Positions 18,718 through 29,117 of a stretch of 64,000 nucleotides of DNA are shown here, one piece after another. The notes beneath the pieces are model-generated. The model saw only the letters and a list, made by a program, of their open reading frames with translations, was not told the DNA's origin and ran no database searches. The number at the start of each line of letters is the position of its first letter. Within the stretch, counting starts at the first letter, position 1. Made by a program: the position numbers and the translations under genes. The stretch covers positions 7,321 to 71,320 of the forward strand of contig JBJXFN010000008.1 of assembly GCA_046155535.1 (NCBI GenBank). The letters are read 5' to 3'. The DNA comes from Burkholderiales bacterium. Its GTDB lineage: Bacteria > Pseudomonadota > Gammaproteobacteria > Burkholderiales > JACQAP01.

Positions 18718-18791
18718 GGCGGGGTGGCAGAGTGGTCATGCAGCGGCCTGCAAAGCCGTGTACGCCGGTTCGATTCCGACCCCCGCCTCCA
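18718..18791 (+). tRNA. tRNA-Cys (anticodon GCA)
   Basis: 74 nt: acceptor GGCGGGG/CCCCGCC, anticodon loop 'CTGCAAA', T-loop TTCGATT, encoded CCA. The architecture parallels E. coli tRNA-Cys. There is one C-A mismatch in the T-stem. Confidence 0.88.
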
Positions 18792-19010
18792 ATGCCTGCC
18801 GTTTTCGCGCAGTGGCCAGAATCAAGGTCTTCTGGGTCATTCACCAGAAATCTTCTGCACAAAAGGATGGTCTTCATCTGCCTGAGTGCCGTGCCTGGAA
18901 TGCTGTCTCGTCCGCGTTGATACCGATTCAGTCCAATCATGCACCTGTATCATGATGGGCGCGCTTTCCGAAAACCGATGCCGGAGACCAAACGGCTGGT
19001 TTCCGTGTTT

Positions 19011-19101
19011 GCCCGGATGGTGAAATTGGTAGACACAAGGGACTTAAAATCCCTCGGGCCGTCATTGGCCCGTGCCGGTTCGACCCCGGCTCCGGGCACC
19101 A
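19011..19101 (+). tRNA. tRNA-Leu (anticodon TAA)
   Basis: A 91-nt class II tRNA, very similar to E. coli leuZ ('GCCCGGATGGTG.AAT.GGTAGACACAAGGGA.TTAAAATCCCTCGG...'). It has a long variable arm 'CGGGCCGTCATTGGCCCG' and encoded CCA. Confidence 0.92.
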
Positions 19102-19129
19102 CTTCTGCGTGCCGAGCGCGCATGGCGAC

Positions 19130-19948
19130 ATGAACCGTATCAGTTCGCGCAGCAATCCCCTCTGGAAAAATGCGCAGCGACTTCTGCACTCTTCCCGGCA
19201 TCGCCACACAACTGGAAAGATGGTGATTGAAGGGGTGAAGCTGGTCACATGCTTTGCGCAGGCCAGGGGACTGGAGGACGCAACGCTCCTTGTGAACGAG
19301 GATGCCGTGGCCCGCAATGACATTCAGGCGCTTTTTCAGAAATTTCCGGGTGCCGGCCTGCACCTCGTCAGTCAGGCCTTGTTTCTGGAACTGAGCGAAC
19401 TGGATTCCCCGGAAGGCGTCCTGGCTATTTCCGATATTCCCGAGACAGCATTACCGCCACGGGATCATTTTCGGCTCTTGATTGAAGGAATCCAGGATCC
19501 GGGCAACCTCGGCAGTCTGCTCAGAAGTGCTGCGGCCGCACAGGTTTCCTCGATTTGGCTTTCAAAGCAGACGGCTGATGTGTGGTCGCCGAAATGCCTG
19601 CGCGGCGGAATGGGCGCGCAATTCGAATTGGCGATCCGCCAGGATCAGGAACCTTCGGAAATGCTGAAGGGATTTTCCGGACTCGTGTTGGCAACCGATG
19701 CTCGAAGCGAGACCAGTCTGTTTGAAATCGATATGCGCGGCCCGGTGGCATTGATCTTTGGCAGCGAGGGAAACGGGCTGAGCAGGGAATTCGCAGGACT
19801 TGCAGCGCGGTCGGTCAGGATTCCCATGTCCAATCGGGTGGAATCCTTAAATGTCGCTGCCGCGGCAACGATTTGCATGTTTGAGCGGGTCCGGCAACTT
19901 GGTCAGGGTTCCAAGACATCGGGGGACGGAAAAGGGGGATTGCTCTGA
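19130..19948 (+). CDS. TrmH/SpoU family RNA 2'-O-methyltransferase
   Basis: Has the SpoU motifs 'IQDPGNLGSLLRSAAA', 'ALIFGSEGNGLS' and 'IPMSNRVESLNVAAAATICMFE'. I chose the ATG at 19130 over the GTG at 19109, which abuts the tRNA. Confidence 0.85.
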   Translation: MNRISSRSNPLWKNAQRLLHSSRHRHTTGKMVIEGVKLVTCFAQARGLEDATLLVNEDAVARNDIQALFQKFPGAGLHLVSQALFLELSELDSPEGVLAISDIPETALPPRDHFRLLIEGIQDPGNLGSLLRSAAAAQVSSIWLSKQTADVWSPKCLRGGMGAQFELAIRQDQEPSEMLKGFSGLVLATDARSETSLFEIDMRGPVALIFGSEGNGLSREFAGLAARSVRIPMSNRVESLNVAAAATICMFERVRQLGQGSKTSGDGKGGLL

Positions 19949-20051
19949 AAACAACCGAGGCGTCTTAACGTTCAGAATTATTACTTAACATAATATACAT
20001 TATGCGACAACCGCGGCATTTGCCAAGAGTACCAAGGCAATTTCCCATGAC

Positions 20052-20837
20052 TCACGGGCGATTCTCCGAAATGCCGCTTTGACCAAACACTCGGAAAAAA
20101 TTCTCTGAAGTAATACGACCTAACTCCTCAACCGGGATACGCCGCACTTTGGCAATCTCCTCGGCAACATGCCTTACGAAAGCCGGCTGATTCGTCTTTC
20201 CGCGATGGGGAACCGGCGCCAGATAGGGAGAGTCGGTTTCCAACAGCAATCGATCCAACGGAATCGAGGCCGCCACTTCGCGCAGATTCTCCGCCTTTTT
20301 GAAAGTGACTATTCCCGAAAAAGAAATCAAGAAATTCATGTCCAGTGCCGCCCGTGCAACCTCCCTGGTTTCGGTGAAACAATGCATGACGCCTCCAATA
20401 TCCGACGCGCCTTCCTCGTGCATTATTCTGAGGGTATCGGAAGCCGCCTCCCGGGTATGGATGATGAGCGGTTTATTCGCCAGTTTGGCGGCTTGAATAT
20501 GCCGCCTGAAACGATCCCGTTGCCAATCCAGCTCGCCTTTGAGTCGGAAATAATCCAGCCCCGTTTCCCCGATCGCGACAACTTTTGGATGTTTCGCGAA
20601 TTCCACAAGGGTCTCGACAGTGGGCTCCGTTCCCCCCACATCATCCGGGTGAACGCCTACCGAAGCCAGGACATTCTGGTACTGATCGGCAATTCGCAGG
20701 ACCGCCGGAAGCGTTTCGAGGTTCACGGAGACACATAGGGCATGGGAAACCTGGTTATGCGCCATCGCCGCCATGACCGCATTCAGATTGGCCGCAAGCT
20801 CCGGAAAGTTAATGTGGCAATGGGAGTCCACAAACAT
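20052..20837 (-). CDS. TatD family metal-dependent hydrolase (YcfH-like)
   Basis: 'MFVDSHCHINF' and later His/Asp/Glu metal-ligand motifs ('IGETGLDY', 'IIHTREA', 'VMHCF', 'LLLETDSPYL') are present. It lies downstream of holB, as ycfH does in E. coli. Confidence 0.92.
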   Translation of the reverse strand: MFVDSHCHINFPELAANLNAVMAAMAHNQVSHALCVSVNLETLPAVLRIADQYQNVLASVGVHPDDVGGTEPTVETLVEFAKHPKVVAIGETGLDYFRLKGELDWQRDRFRRHIQAAKLANKPLIIHTREAASDTLRIMHEEGASDIGGVMHCFTETREVARAALDMNFLISFSGIVTFKKAENLREVAASIPLDRLLLETDSPYLAPVPHRGKTNQPAFVRHVAEEIAKVRRIPVEELGRITSENFFRVFGQSGISENRP

Positions 20838-20879
20838 GTCAGTCGCACGCCATTATCGTCTTCCGCAAGTCGGGAATTT

Positions 20880-21911
20880 TCATCCGTTTCCCGTTTTTAA
20901 CTTCCTGTTGACAGGATAGGACGAAAACAGACTCTCCAATGCCAATCGTTTGTTCAGCGGATGCAGGCAAGACCGCGCGTAATCCACCACCTGCGTGTTC
21001 CAAGCGAATATTTCGGACATGTGGATTACACGGGAAATCGACTCCAAGCCTGCGCGATAGTCCACATGGTAACGTTCCCTGCCACCACTTTTGAGCAGCG
21101 CGAGATCCGCAGTCCATTGCAAAAGCAGTCGCGCGAGTTGCGGTCCCTCCAGGGATTCGGCCCTGTCAGCTGTGGTCAGAGCATCGAAGCGGGGCGCCGC
21201 CAATTGCTCAAGCAAAGCTTTCCTTCTGTCCCAGAAGTCTGCATCCGCCAGACTGTTCAATGCACTCAGGGGAGAATTGCTCGCCGTTGCCAGTGCGACT
21301 TTTGCGTCCCCTGCCCCGTTTTTTTTCAACCATTGAACGGCCAACTCGGGACCGGGCGCCGCGAATGCTATCTGGAAACAACGGCTGCGGATGGTTGGCA
21401 GCACGCGTTCGGGACGATGACTCACCAATACAAAATATGTGTCGCCTGGCGGCTCCTCCAGCATTTTTAACACCGCATTCGCGGCACTCGGATGCATATC
21501 CTCCGCGGGGCTGATCAACACAACTTTGGCGCGCCCCCTGTGCGGGGTGATCCAGATGAATTCGCTCCCCAGCGCACGAATCTGATCGACCAGAATTTGC
21601 CGACTGGCCTTCTTTGCCGGCTTTACCGCCACCACCGTTTCCGCCGTCTCTTCCGCAGAGTCTTCAGCCGCTGCACCTGCTTCGACAAGCCTGAAGTCCG
21701 GGTGATTGCCAGAAGCGACCAGAAGACAAGATGCGCATTGGCCACAGGCTTCAATGCCGCCACCTGCTTCGCACAGGATGGCCTTGGCTAACAGACTTGC
21801 TGTGGAACGTTTTCCGAGTCCCGCCTGGCCGCGCAGCAGCATGACGCGGGGATATTTTGCTGGGTCATCGGGCAACCAGGAAAACAGGGGCGCGATCCAG
21901 GGAAGCATCAC
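20880..21911 (-). CDS. holB: DNA polymerase III subunit delta'
   Basis: Has an AAA+ clamp-loader fold 'LLRGQAGLGK', a Cys-rich module 'CGQCASCLL...GNHPD' and an SRC-type 'TIRSRC' motif. Synteny is tmk-holB. Confidence 0.9.
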   Translation of the reverse strand: MMLPWIAPLFSWLPDDPAKYPRVMLLRGQAGLGKRSTASLLAKAILCEAGGGIEACGQCASCLLVASGNHPDFRLVEAGAAAEDSAEETAETVVAVKPAKKASRQILVDQIRALGSEFIWITPHRGRAKVVLISPAEDMHPSAANAVLKMLEEPPGDTYFVLVSHRPERVLPTIRSRCFQIAFAAPGPELAVQWLKKNGAGDAKVALATASNSPLSALNSLADADFWDRRKALLEQLAAPRFDALTTADRAESLEGPQLARLLLQWTADLALLKSGGRERYHVDYRAGLESISRVIHMSEIFAWNTQVVDYARSCLHPLNKRLALESLFSSYPVNRKLKTGNG

Positions 21912-22528
21912 AATGCCCGAAGCGCCAGTACCCGCGTTTCTATCTGTTCCCGGATTGATGCGATGGGTTGAGTGCCATCAATCAGAACAATTCTCTCCGG
22001 TGCCTGGCGCGCGCGCTCAAGATAGGCGCTTCGGACATGCGCAAAGAAATCCGATGTCTCTTGCTCGAAACGATCAGGCGATTTTATCCTGGCGACGCGA
22101 GACTGACCGACACTGATGTCTACGTCGAAAAGCAGCGTCAAATCAGGTTGCAAGTCGGCATGCACCCAGCTCTCGAGGGTCTCCAACCGGTCCCTGGCCA
22201 CACCCCGGCCGCCACCTTGGTACGCAAAACTGGAGTCTGTAAATCGATCGCACAAGACCCACTCGCCTTTGTCCAGCGCCGGCTGAATGGCTTCCTCGAT
22301 GTGCTGTTGGCGGGCCGCAAACATGAGTAATGCTTCGGCAATAGGGTGAATGGGCTGGGTGTGTCGCAAGAGCAGTTCGCGCAAATTCTCACCCAGCGCC
22401 GTGCCGCCGGGTTCTCGCGTGAGTATCAGGGGGAAGCCCTGGCTGCGAAGAAATTCCGCGGTCCAGGCGATGTGGGTGCTTTTGCCGGCGCCGTCGATGC
22501 CTTCGAACGTAAGGAATTTCCCTTTCAC
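21908..22528 (-). CDS. tmk: dTMP (thymidylate) kinase
   Basis: Has the P-loop 'FLTFEGIDGAGKST' and the 'DRF..S..AYQG' motif. It overlaps the holB start by 4 nt. Confidence 0.95.
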   Translation of the reverse strand: MKGKFLTFEGIDGAGKSTHIAWTAEFLRSQGFPLILTREPGGTALGENLRELLLRHTQPIHPIAEALLMFAARQQHIEEAIQPALDKGEWVLCDRFTDSSFAYQGGGRGVARDRLETLESWVHADLQPDLTLLFDVDISVGQSRVARIKSPDRFEQETSDFFAHVRSAYLERARQAPERIVLIDGTQPIASIREQIETRVLALRAL

Positions 22529-22537
22529 GTTAACCGC

Positions 22538-23581
22538 TCATTTGCGGGATTTCTGGTACTTGTCCACGGCCCGATTGTGGTCGGACAGATTTGTGGAAAA
22601 TTGATGACTGCCATCTCCTCTTGCCACAAAGTACAGTGCATTGCCCGCTGCCGGGTTCATCACCGCCGCGAGAGACGCCTCCCCTGGCATCGCAATGGGC
22701 GTCGGGGGGAGGCCGCCGCGCATATAGGTGTTGTACTTGTTGTCGGTGGTGAGGTCTTTGCGTCGCAAATTGCCATCAAATTTAGCCCCTAATCCGTAAA
22801 TCACCGTCGGATCGGTCTGCAGGCGCATGCCGCGTTTTAATCGATTGATGAAGACAGAAGCCACCTTCCCATGCTCATCGCGTCGACCTGCCTCCTTCTC
22901 CACGATGGATGCCAGAATCAGTGCTTCGTAAGGTGAGGCAAGAGGCAGAGCGCTCGCGCGTTTTTCCCACTGCGCAGCCAACAGTTGCCGCATCTTCAAA
23001 TTGGCCTGCCGGAGTATTGTCAGGTCACTGGTCCCCGCCGAAAACTGGTAGGTGTCCGGGAAAAACAATCCTTCGGCTGAAAGTTCGGAAATCTGTAGAC
23101 GCTCCAAAATTGTTTCCATGGACGCATCCCGCAGTTCGTGACGAACAGCGGGATGCCGGTCTAGTGCAGCCCGCATTTGCAGAAAAGTCCACCCTTCAAT
23201 GAATTGCACGCTGGCCATGGCAAACTCACCACGGACAATTTTTTTCAGCAGCCGATAGGGAGAAATATCGGCACCGACAGAGTAACTTCCCGCCTTGAGG
23301 TCCGAGCCGGTTCGGGTCAGGCGTGCCAGCACAATGAAACTCCAGGGGTCGGAAACCAAATCGTCTTTGGCGAATTGCACCGCTACCTCACGCAAATTGC
23401 GGCCAGGTTCGATTGCAAATGTGCGATTGCCCGGTGCGACGCTGATGGGTCTGGTGGCGAAATACGCGAGCCACGAACCGCCGCAGAGCACCAGCAGCAA
23501 TACAACATACGCCGCCGCGCGCAGAATGCGCCTGGGCGCCCACCTGGATTCCGTCAGAAACAGGTTTTTGCGTCTTGCCAT
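22538..23581 (-). CDS. mltG: Endolytic murein transglycosylase MltG (YceG-like)
   Basis: Has an N-terminal TM anchor, the YceG motifs 'ASIVEKEAG' (catalytic Glu) and 'NTY...GLPPTPI', and lies in the fabF-mltG-tmk neighbourhood. Confidence 0.9.
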   Translation of the reverse strand: MARRKNLFLTESRWAPRRILRAAAYVVLLLVLCGGSWLAYFATRPISVAPGNRTFAIEPGRNLREVAVQFAKDDLVSDPWSFIVLARLTRTGSDLKAGSYSVGADISPYRLLKKIVRGEFAMASVQFIEGWTFLQMRAALDRHPAVRHELRDASMETILERLQISELSAEGLFFPDTYQFSAGTSDLTILRQANLKMRQLLAAQWEKRASALPLASPYEALILASIVEKEAGRRDEHGKVASVFINRLKRGMRLQTDPTVIYGLGAKFDGNLRRKDLTTDNKYNTYMRGGLPPTPIAMPGEASLAAVMNPAAGNALYFVARGDGSHQFSTNLSDHNRAVDKYQKSRK

Positions 23582-23672
23582 GGATAGCCAGATTCCGTGT
23601 CAGTCCGGCCCATGCGGCCCGCATGTACGACTGGTTTGTGTCGACCTATCAGCCGAAGGAAATTCCTTCGAG

Positions 23673-24911
23673 TCAATTGGCCCTGAATATCAACGTACCG
23701 TTTGTCCCGCCAAACCCGAACGAGTTTGACATCACCGCCCGGATTTTCATTTGCCGAGCCGTATTGGGAACAAAGTCCAGATCGCATAGTGGATCGGGCG
23801 TATCGAGATTGATGGTAGGCGGCGCAACTTGATCCTTGAGCGCCATCACAGAGAATACCGCCTCGATGCCACCTGCCGCGCCCAACAAATGTCCTGTCGA
23901 TGACTTTGTGGAGCTCACGGCCAGGCGCCCTGCAAAATTTCCGAAGCAGCGCTTTAACGCGACGGTCTCGGCCACATCACCCAGCGGGGTCGAGGTGCCA
24001 TGCGCATTGATGTAGTCGATCTCCTCCGGATTCATGCCCGCGTTTCGCAAGGCGTTGGCCATTCCGCGTGCGGCACCCTCACCGTCTTCACATGGCGCGG
24101 TGATATGGTGGGCATCGGCGCTCATGCCGTAACCCGCCATCTCGCAATATATGCGGGCGCCGCGGGCGCGGGCATGCTCGTATTCTTCCAGTACAAGAAC
24201 CCCCGCCCCTTCGCCGAGCACGAATCCGTCGCGATCCACATCCCACGGCCGACTCGCCCTGGGCGGATCGTCGTTACGCGTACTCAATGCACGGGCCGCG
24301 GAAAAACCTCCGACGCCTAGCGTGCAGATGGCTGCTTCCGAGCCTCCGGCAACCATCACGTCCGCATCGCCGTACTCAATCAGTCTTGCTGAATCGCCGA
24401 TGCAGTGATTGGCGGTGGTACAAGCGGTGACCATTGCGAGACAAGGACCCTTGAATCCATACATGATGGACAGGTTTCCGGAGATCATGTTGATAATGGC
24501 GCCCGGTATGAAGAAGGGCGATATTTTCCTCGGACCACCCTCGAGATAAGACTTGTGCGTCTCCTCAATGAGCGGCAGACCGCCGATCCCCGACCCGATG
24601 TTCAGGCCGCACCGATCCGCGTCCAGAGGGTTCGGTTCAATTCCCGCATCGCGAATGGCCTCGACCGCCGCCGCAATACCGTAGTGAATATAAACATCCG
24701 AACGTCGGGCTTCCTTGGCGGAGAGCACACTGGCGACATCGAAGTTCTTTACCTCTCCGGCGATTTGAGAGGCAAAAAGTGACGCGTCAAACCGGGTAAT
24801 GCGAGTGATGCCCGACTTTCCCGCCTGAATATTGGCCCAGGCTTCGCCGACACTATTCCCGACCGGGCAAACAATACCCAGGCCGGTTACCACTACGCGG
24901 CGTTTGGACAA
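23673..24911 (-). CDS. fabF: Beta-ketoacyl-ACP synthase II
   Basis: '[11 protein letters not shown]' aligns with the E. coli FabF N-terminus. The Cys-His-His triad contexts 'ACTTANH', '[11 protein letters not shown]' and 'GHLLGAAG' are present. I prefer the TTG at 24911 (GGAG 6 nt upstream) to the ORF-track TTG at 24926. Confidence 0.93.
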   Translation of the reverse strand: MSKRRVVVTGLGIVCPVGNSVGEAWANIQAGKSGITRITRFDASLFASQIAGEVKNFDVASVLSAKEARRSDVYIHYGIAAAVEAIRDAGIEPNPLDADRCGLNIGSGIGGLPLIEETHKSYLEGGPRKISPFFIPGAIINMISGNLSIMYGFKGPCLAMVTACTTANHCIGDSARLIEYGDADVMVAGGSEAAICTLGVGGFSAARALSTRNDDPPRASRPWDVDRDGFVLGEGAGVLVLEEYEHARARGARIYCEMAGYGMSADAHHITAPCEDGEGAARGMANALRNAGMNPEEIDYINAHGTSTPLGDVAETVALKRCFGNFAGRLAVSSTKSSTGHLLGAAGGIEAVFSVMALKDQVAPPTINLDTPDPLCDLDFVPNTARQMKIRAVMSNSFGFGGTNGTLIFRAN

Positions 24912-24941
24912 CGGAACTCCGGGCAATAATGGATTGCGAAT

Positions 24942-25178
24942 TTAATTGAGATGAGCCTTGACGTAATCAACGGCTTGCTGAACCGAGGTGATTTTTTCCG
25001 CCTCTTCATCGGGAATCTCACACTCGAACTCCTCCTCGAGCGCCATCACCAATTCCACCGTGTCGAGTGAATCGGCTCCGAGGTCATCGACAAATGTCGA
25101 TTCATTTTTTACGTCTGCCTCGTTCACGCCCAATTGCTCGGCAACGATTTTCCTGACGCGCTGTTCTACGGATTCCAT
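24942..25178 (-). CDS. acpP: Acyl carrier protein
   Basis: 78 aa: '[18 protein letters not shown]...[21 protein letters not shown]', with the DSLD phosphopantetheine attachment site. The ORF-track start at 25211 is an extension. Confidence 0.96.
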   Translation of the reverse strand: MESVEQRVRKIVAEQLGVNEADVKNESTFVDDLGADSLDTVELVMALEEEFECEIPDEEAEKITSVQQAVDYVKAHLN

Positions 25179-25300
25179 GAATGTACCTTCCCTTTCTACT
25201 TGATGTTTCACGCATTCACCCCTGCCCGATCTCGGTCCGCCCGGACAGAGAATGGGAAAAACTCGGGCGCTAGTCTACCAAAAATGACAATCCTTCGGCA

Positions 25301-26041
25301 TCAATCCATATACATTCCGCCATTGACGTGAAGCGTGCTGCCTGTGATATACCCGGCAGACTCCGACACCAGGAATAAAACCGCGGCCGCTATCTCTTTT
25401 GCTGATCCGAATCTGCCCAGCGGGACTTGGTTGAGCAATGCAGTTTTCTGCTCGTCCGGCAGCGCGCGCGTCATATCAGTATCGATAAATCCGGGCGCGA
25501 TGCAGTTGACGGTGACGTTACGGCTGCCCACCTCCCTGGCGAGCGACTTGCTGAACCCGACAATCCCGGCCTTGGCAGCGGCATAATTGGCTTGCCCGGG
25601 GTTGCCAACAAAACCGACCACCGAGGTGATGTTGACGATTCGTCCAAAGCGGGCTTTCACCATCTGCCGGAGAACCAATTTGCTCAGTCGAAAAACCGAC
25701 TTGAGGTTGGTATCCATGATGTCGTCCCATTCTGATTCCTTCATCCTGAGCATAAGGTTATCCCGGGTAATTCCGGCATTGTTCACCAGAATCGAAGGCG
25801 GACCAAAACGACTTTCCATTGTCGCCAGGGTGTTCTCCATGCCGCCCGCGTCCTTCACGTCCAGACGGCATCCCATCCCCTGGAGTTTTTCGGCCCGAAA
25901 AAAATCGTCAATGCCCTGTGCACCGGCGTCGCTGGTGGATGTTGCGGCAACCATCGCTCCGGCGCGAGCCAGTGCGAGTGCAATTTCTTTGCCTATGCCC
26001 CGGCTTGCTCCCGTGACAAGCGCCACTTTGCCTTCAAGCAT
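25301..26041 (-). CDS. fabG: 3-oxoacyl-ACP reductase
   Basis: An SDR with 'MLEGKVALVTGASRGIG', 'NNAG' and the catalytic 'YAAAKAG'. The start is the ATG at 26041, overlapping the fabD stop. Confidence 0.95.
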   Translation of the reverse strand: MLEGKVALVTGASRGIGKEIALALARAGAMVAATSTSDAGAQGIDDFFRAEKLQGMGCRLDVKDAGGMENTLATMESRFGPPSILVNNAGITRDNLMLRMKESEWDDIMDTNLKSVFRLSKLVLRQMVKARFGRIVNITSVVGFVGNPGQANYAAAKAGIVGFSKSLAREVGSRNVTVNCIAPGFIDTDMTRALPDEQKTALLNQVPLGRFGSAKEIAAAVLFLVSESAGYITGSTLHVNGGMYMD

Positions 26042-26990
26042 GTTCTTGATCCTTTTCACCGGCAAGCATCGCCAGGGCCTCGTCAAAATTCGCGGCGTCG
26101 GCGAATGTCAGAATTTTAGCGTCGGGCACGATTCTTTTGTTCAGACCCGCGAGAACCCTGCCCGGGCCACACTCGACAATATGCGTCGCGCCCATGGTTG
26201 CCAGCGTACGGACGACCTCGACCCAGCGTACCGGCTGAAACAACTGACGGTACAGGGATTCTTTGATTGCCGAGGCCGATGTGGAAATTGACACGTCGGC
26301 ATTGTGCACCACAGGAATGGAAGCGGACGCCAGAGGAATATCAGCGAGCCGCATCTTCAGGCGCTCGGCAGCCGATCGCATCAGGGCGCAGTGAGATGGA
26401 ACGCTCATAGGCAGCAGGATGGCGCGCTTGGCACCTTTTTGTTTGGCCAGTTTCATTCCCCGATCCACCGCCGCCTTGTGCCCCGCAATCACGGTCTGGG
26501 CTGGCGAGTTGTAGTTTGCCGCCTCTACGATTTCCTGCCCACTGCTTGCCTCAAGGCAAACGGCGCGAACCACATCGTCGTCCAGCCCGACGATCGCGGC
26601 AATGGCCCCGACGCCCGCCGGCACGGCTTCCTGCATTGCCTGTGCTCGAAATTGCACCAGCCGCACGGCAACGTCAAACCTGATCGCGTTGCCGGCAACC
26701 AGGGCCGAATACTCACCAAGACTGTGCCCAGCCAGCAAAGCGGGAAGCCTTCCACCCAATGACTCCCACGCGCGATACATAGCCACCCCGGCACAAAGCA
26801 TTACAGGCTGGGTATTGACGGTTTCGTTGAGTTTGTCCTCGGGCCCGTTTTCCACAAGATTCCAAAGATCAAGACCCAACGCGGCGGAAGCCTCCTCAAA
26901 AGTTTCCCGCACTCGCGGCAGATGCAAAACACTTCGCATCATGCCGACCGACTGAGAACCCTGCCCAGGAAATACAAATGCAGCTTTCAT
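26034..26990 (-). CDS. fabD: Malonyl CoA-ACP transacylase
   Basis: Has 'MKAAFVFPGQGSQ' and the active-site motif 'GHSLGEYSAL'. The ORF-track start at 27140 overlaps fabH, so the ATG at 26990 is used. Confidence 0.95.
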   Translation of the reverse strand: MKAAFVFPGQGSQSVGMMRSVLHLPRVRETFEEASAALGLDLWNLVENGPEDKLNETVNTQPVMLCAGVAMYRAWESLGGRLPALLAGHSLGEYSALVAGNAIRFDVAVRLVQFRAQAMQEAVPAGVGAIAAIVGLDDDVVRAVCLEASSGQEIVEAANYNSPAQTVIAGHKAAVDRGMKLAKQKGAKRAILLPMSVPSHCALMRSAAERLKMRLADIPLASASIPVVHNADVSISTSASAIKESLYRQLFQPVRWVEVVRTLATMGATHIVECGPGRVLAGLNKRIVPDAKILTFADAANFDEALAMLAGEKDQEHA

Positions 26991-27000
26991 CTTTTGTTCC

Positions 27001-27960
27001 TTACCAGCGAAGCAGGATGGCGCCCCAGGTAAACCCGCCCCCAACCCCTTCGAGCAACAGGGTCTGACCATCTCGTATTTTTCCGGCTTTGACGGCTTCG
27101 TCCATCGCCAGCGGGATGGAGGCGGCCGACGTATTTCCATGGTGGTCGACCGTCGAGATCAGTTTCTGTAGTGGCAATCCTATTTTTTTGGCTGTCGCTT
27201 CCATGATCCGGATGTTCGCCTGGTGCGGGATGAACCAGTCCACGTCAGAAATGGTCAACTTTGCGGCATCGAGCACCTCGTATGCAACCTCCTCGAACAC
27301 TCGCACAGCAAATTTGAACACCGAACCGCCATCCATGCGCACAAAAGGCGAGCCCCACACTTTCCCGTTCGAGACATGGCCCGGCACGCACAAATTGTCT
27401 TTCTGGCTTCCATCTGCGTGAAGTCTTGTGGCAAGAATGCCCGGTTTGGGACTTTGTTGGAGGACAACCGCGCCCGCTCCGTCGCCGAACAGCACACAGG
27501 TCCCGCGATCCTTCCAGTCGAGGATCCGCGAATACACTTCCGCTCCGATCACCAGGATATTTCGGGCCTGCCCCGCCTTGATGAAAAGATCACCAACAGT
27601 CAATGCGTAGACGAATCCGCTGCAGACAGCCTGCACATCAAAGGCCGGACAACCCGAGACACCGAGTTTGGATTGCACAATGCAGGCGGTTCCCGGGAAG
27701 ATCATGTCCGGCGTTGTGGTCGCCACGATGATCATGTCGACTTCGCCCGCCTGGATGCCCGCCGCGTGCAATGCGCGCCGTCCGGCGATCACCCCCAGAT
27801 CACTGGCCAGCTGCCCCTCTGCGGCAATGTGGCGACTCTGAATGCCGGTGCGGGTCCGTATCCATTCATCTGTCGTATCCACGGAAAGTTCGAGTTCCCG
27901 ATTGGTCAAAATTTTCTCGGGAAGATAACTGCCTGTACCGGCGATGCGAGAGAACATCAT
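27001..27960 (-). CDS. fabH: Beta-ketoacyl-ACP synthase III
   Basis: Has '[11 protein letters not shown]', the active Cys '[10 protein letters not shown]', 'PHQANIRI' and 'GGGFTWGA'. Confidence 0.95.
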   Translation of the reverse strand: MMFSRIAGTGSYLPEKILTNRELELSVDTTDEWIRTRTGIQSRHIAAEGQLASDLGVIAGRRALHAAGIQAGEVDMIIVATTTPDMIFPGTACIVQSKLGVSGCPAFDVQAVCSGFVYALTVGDLFIKAGQARNILVIGAEVYSRILDWKDRGTCVLFGDGAGAVVLQQSPKPGILATRLHADGSQKDNLCVPGHVSNGKVWGSPFVRMDGGSVFKFAVRVFEEVAYEVLDAAKLTISDVDWFIPHQANIRIMEATAKKIGLPLQKLISTVDHHGNTSAASIPLAMDEAVKAGKIRDGQTLLLEGVGGGFTWGAILLRW

Positions 27961-28973
27961 GCCGCCTTCTGCCGAATGGCGGTCATGCGTTTGCTGATTT
28001 GGTCCAACACACCATTACTTGCTTCATCATAAGCTCGCTGCAAGGCGAATTGGAATGCGAAACGGTCTGCGGAACCGTGACTCTTGATCGCGATTCCCCT
28101 CAAACCCAGAAGACTGGCCCCATTGTAACGCCGGTGATCAACACGCCGACGGAAAGCAGTGATGACGGGCAAGGCAACGATGCCGGACAAGCGCGTGAGA
28201 ATATTCCGGCTGAATTCCTGTCGAAGGTACATTGCCAGCATCTGCGCCAGTCCTTCAGATGTCTTCAGCGCCACGTTCCCGACGAATCCATCGCAGACGA
28301 TGACATCGGTTGTGCCTTTGTAAATGTCCGTGCCTTCGATGTTGCCGTAAAAATTCAAGCCGCTGCCGCGCAACAACTCTGCAGCCTGCTTCACGATTTC
28401 GTTTCCTTTGATTTCCTCTTCCCCGATATTTAGCAACCCCACGGATGGTCGCTCCACATGATCCACGGCACCGACCAGACAGGATCCCATGACCGCGAAT
28501 TGCAGCAGGTGTTCCGCACTGCAATCGACATTGGCGCCCAGGTCCAGCATGCAGGTCCTGCCGCGCTGCGTGGGCAGGAAGGACGCAATGGCGGGTCGCT
28601 CCACTTCCGGCAGCATTTTGAGCACGAAACGGGACATGGCCATCAGGGCGCCGGTATTGCCGGCGCTGATACAGGCGCTCGCCTGCCCTTCCTTGACCAG
28701 GTTGATGGCAAGCCGCATCGAAGATTCGCGCTTGTTGCGCAGCGCCGAGGCTGGCGCCTCGTCCATGGCAACAACTTCTTTCGAGGGATGGACCTGAATC
28801 CTGGCTTCGCTGGCGGTTTTGTGCTGTTTTAATTCGGAGGAAATGGCGCCCTGATCCCCGACCAGCAGAATACGGGCGTCTGGCACTTCATCGAGAAAAT
28901 CCAGCACCGCGGGCACGGTAACGCCGACACCGTGGTCCCCGCCCATGCAATCGACGGCGAGGGTGACTAGCAT
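27957..28973 (-). CDS. plsX: Phosphate acyltransferase PlsX
   Basis: '[11 protein letters not shown]' and '[12 protein letters not shown]' are typical of PlsX. Synteny is rpmF-plsX-fabH. Confidence 0.95.
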   Translation of the reverse strand: MLVTLAVDCMGGDHGVGVTVPAVLDFLDEVPDARILLVGDQGAISSELKQHKTASEARIQVHPSKEVVAMDEAPASALRNKRESSMRLAINLVKEGQASACISAGNTGALMAMSRFVLKMLPEVERPAIASFLPTQRGRTCMLDLGANVDCSAEHLLQFAVMGSCLVGAVDHVERPSVGLLNIGEEEIKGNEIVKQAAELLRGSGLNFYGNIEGTDIYKGTTDVIVCDGFVGNVALKTSEGLAQMLAMYLRQEFSRNILTRLSGIVALPVITAFRRRVDHRRYNGASLLGLRGIAIKSHGSADRFAFQFALQRAYDEASNGVLDQISKRMTAIRQKAA

Positions 28974-29117
28974 GATTTACACGGGCGGGTTTGCGAAATA
29001 ACCCGGCCAGCGCATGAAATTCCAAAGGTCGATCGGGGAATCGGGAACCACACAGACAACGGAGTCCGGTCCTCCATTTCGCGCAGCGCTGGCACGCCGC
29101 CGGAACCTGAAACGAAC

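Noticed and set aside
18867-18920. 17-codon hydrophobic mini-ORF ('MVFICLSAVPGMLSRPR') in the 219-nt tRNA-Cys/tRNA-Leu spacer
   Set aside because: The AAGG abuts the ATG with no spacing, and the ORF lies between tRNA genes. No other support exists.
19102-19129. Integration island or attachment sites next to tRNA-Leu and tRNA-Asn
   Set aside because: The tRNAs are followed directly by housekeeping genes (trmH-like, map). There is no integrase, no direct repeat of the tRNA 3' end, and no compositional break.
20839-21117. 92-aa ORF in the slot where some bacteria have a pilZ gene between holB and tatD
   Set aside because: It overlaps the holB 3' end in another frame and has no PilZ motifs (RxxxR / DxSxxG). 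The true holB-tatD gap is only 42 nt.
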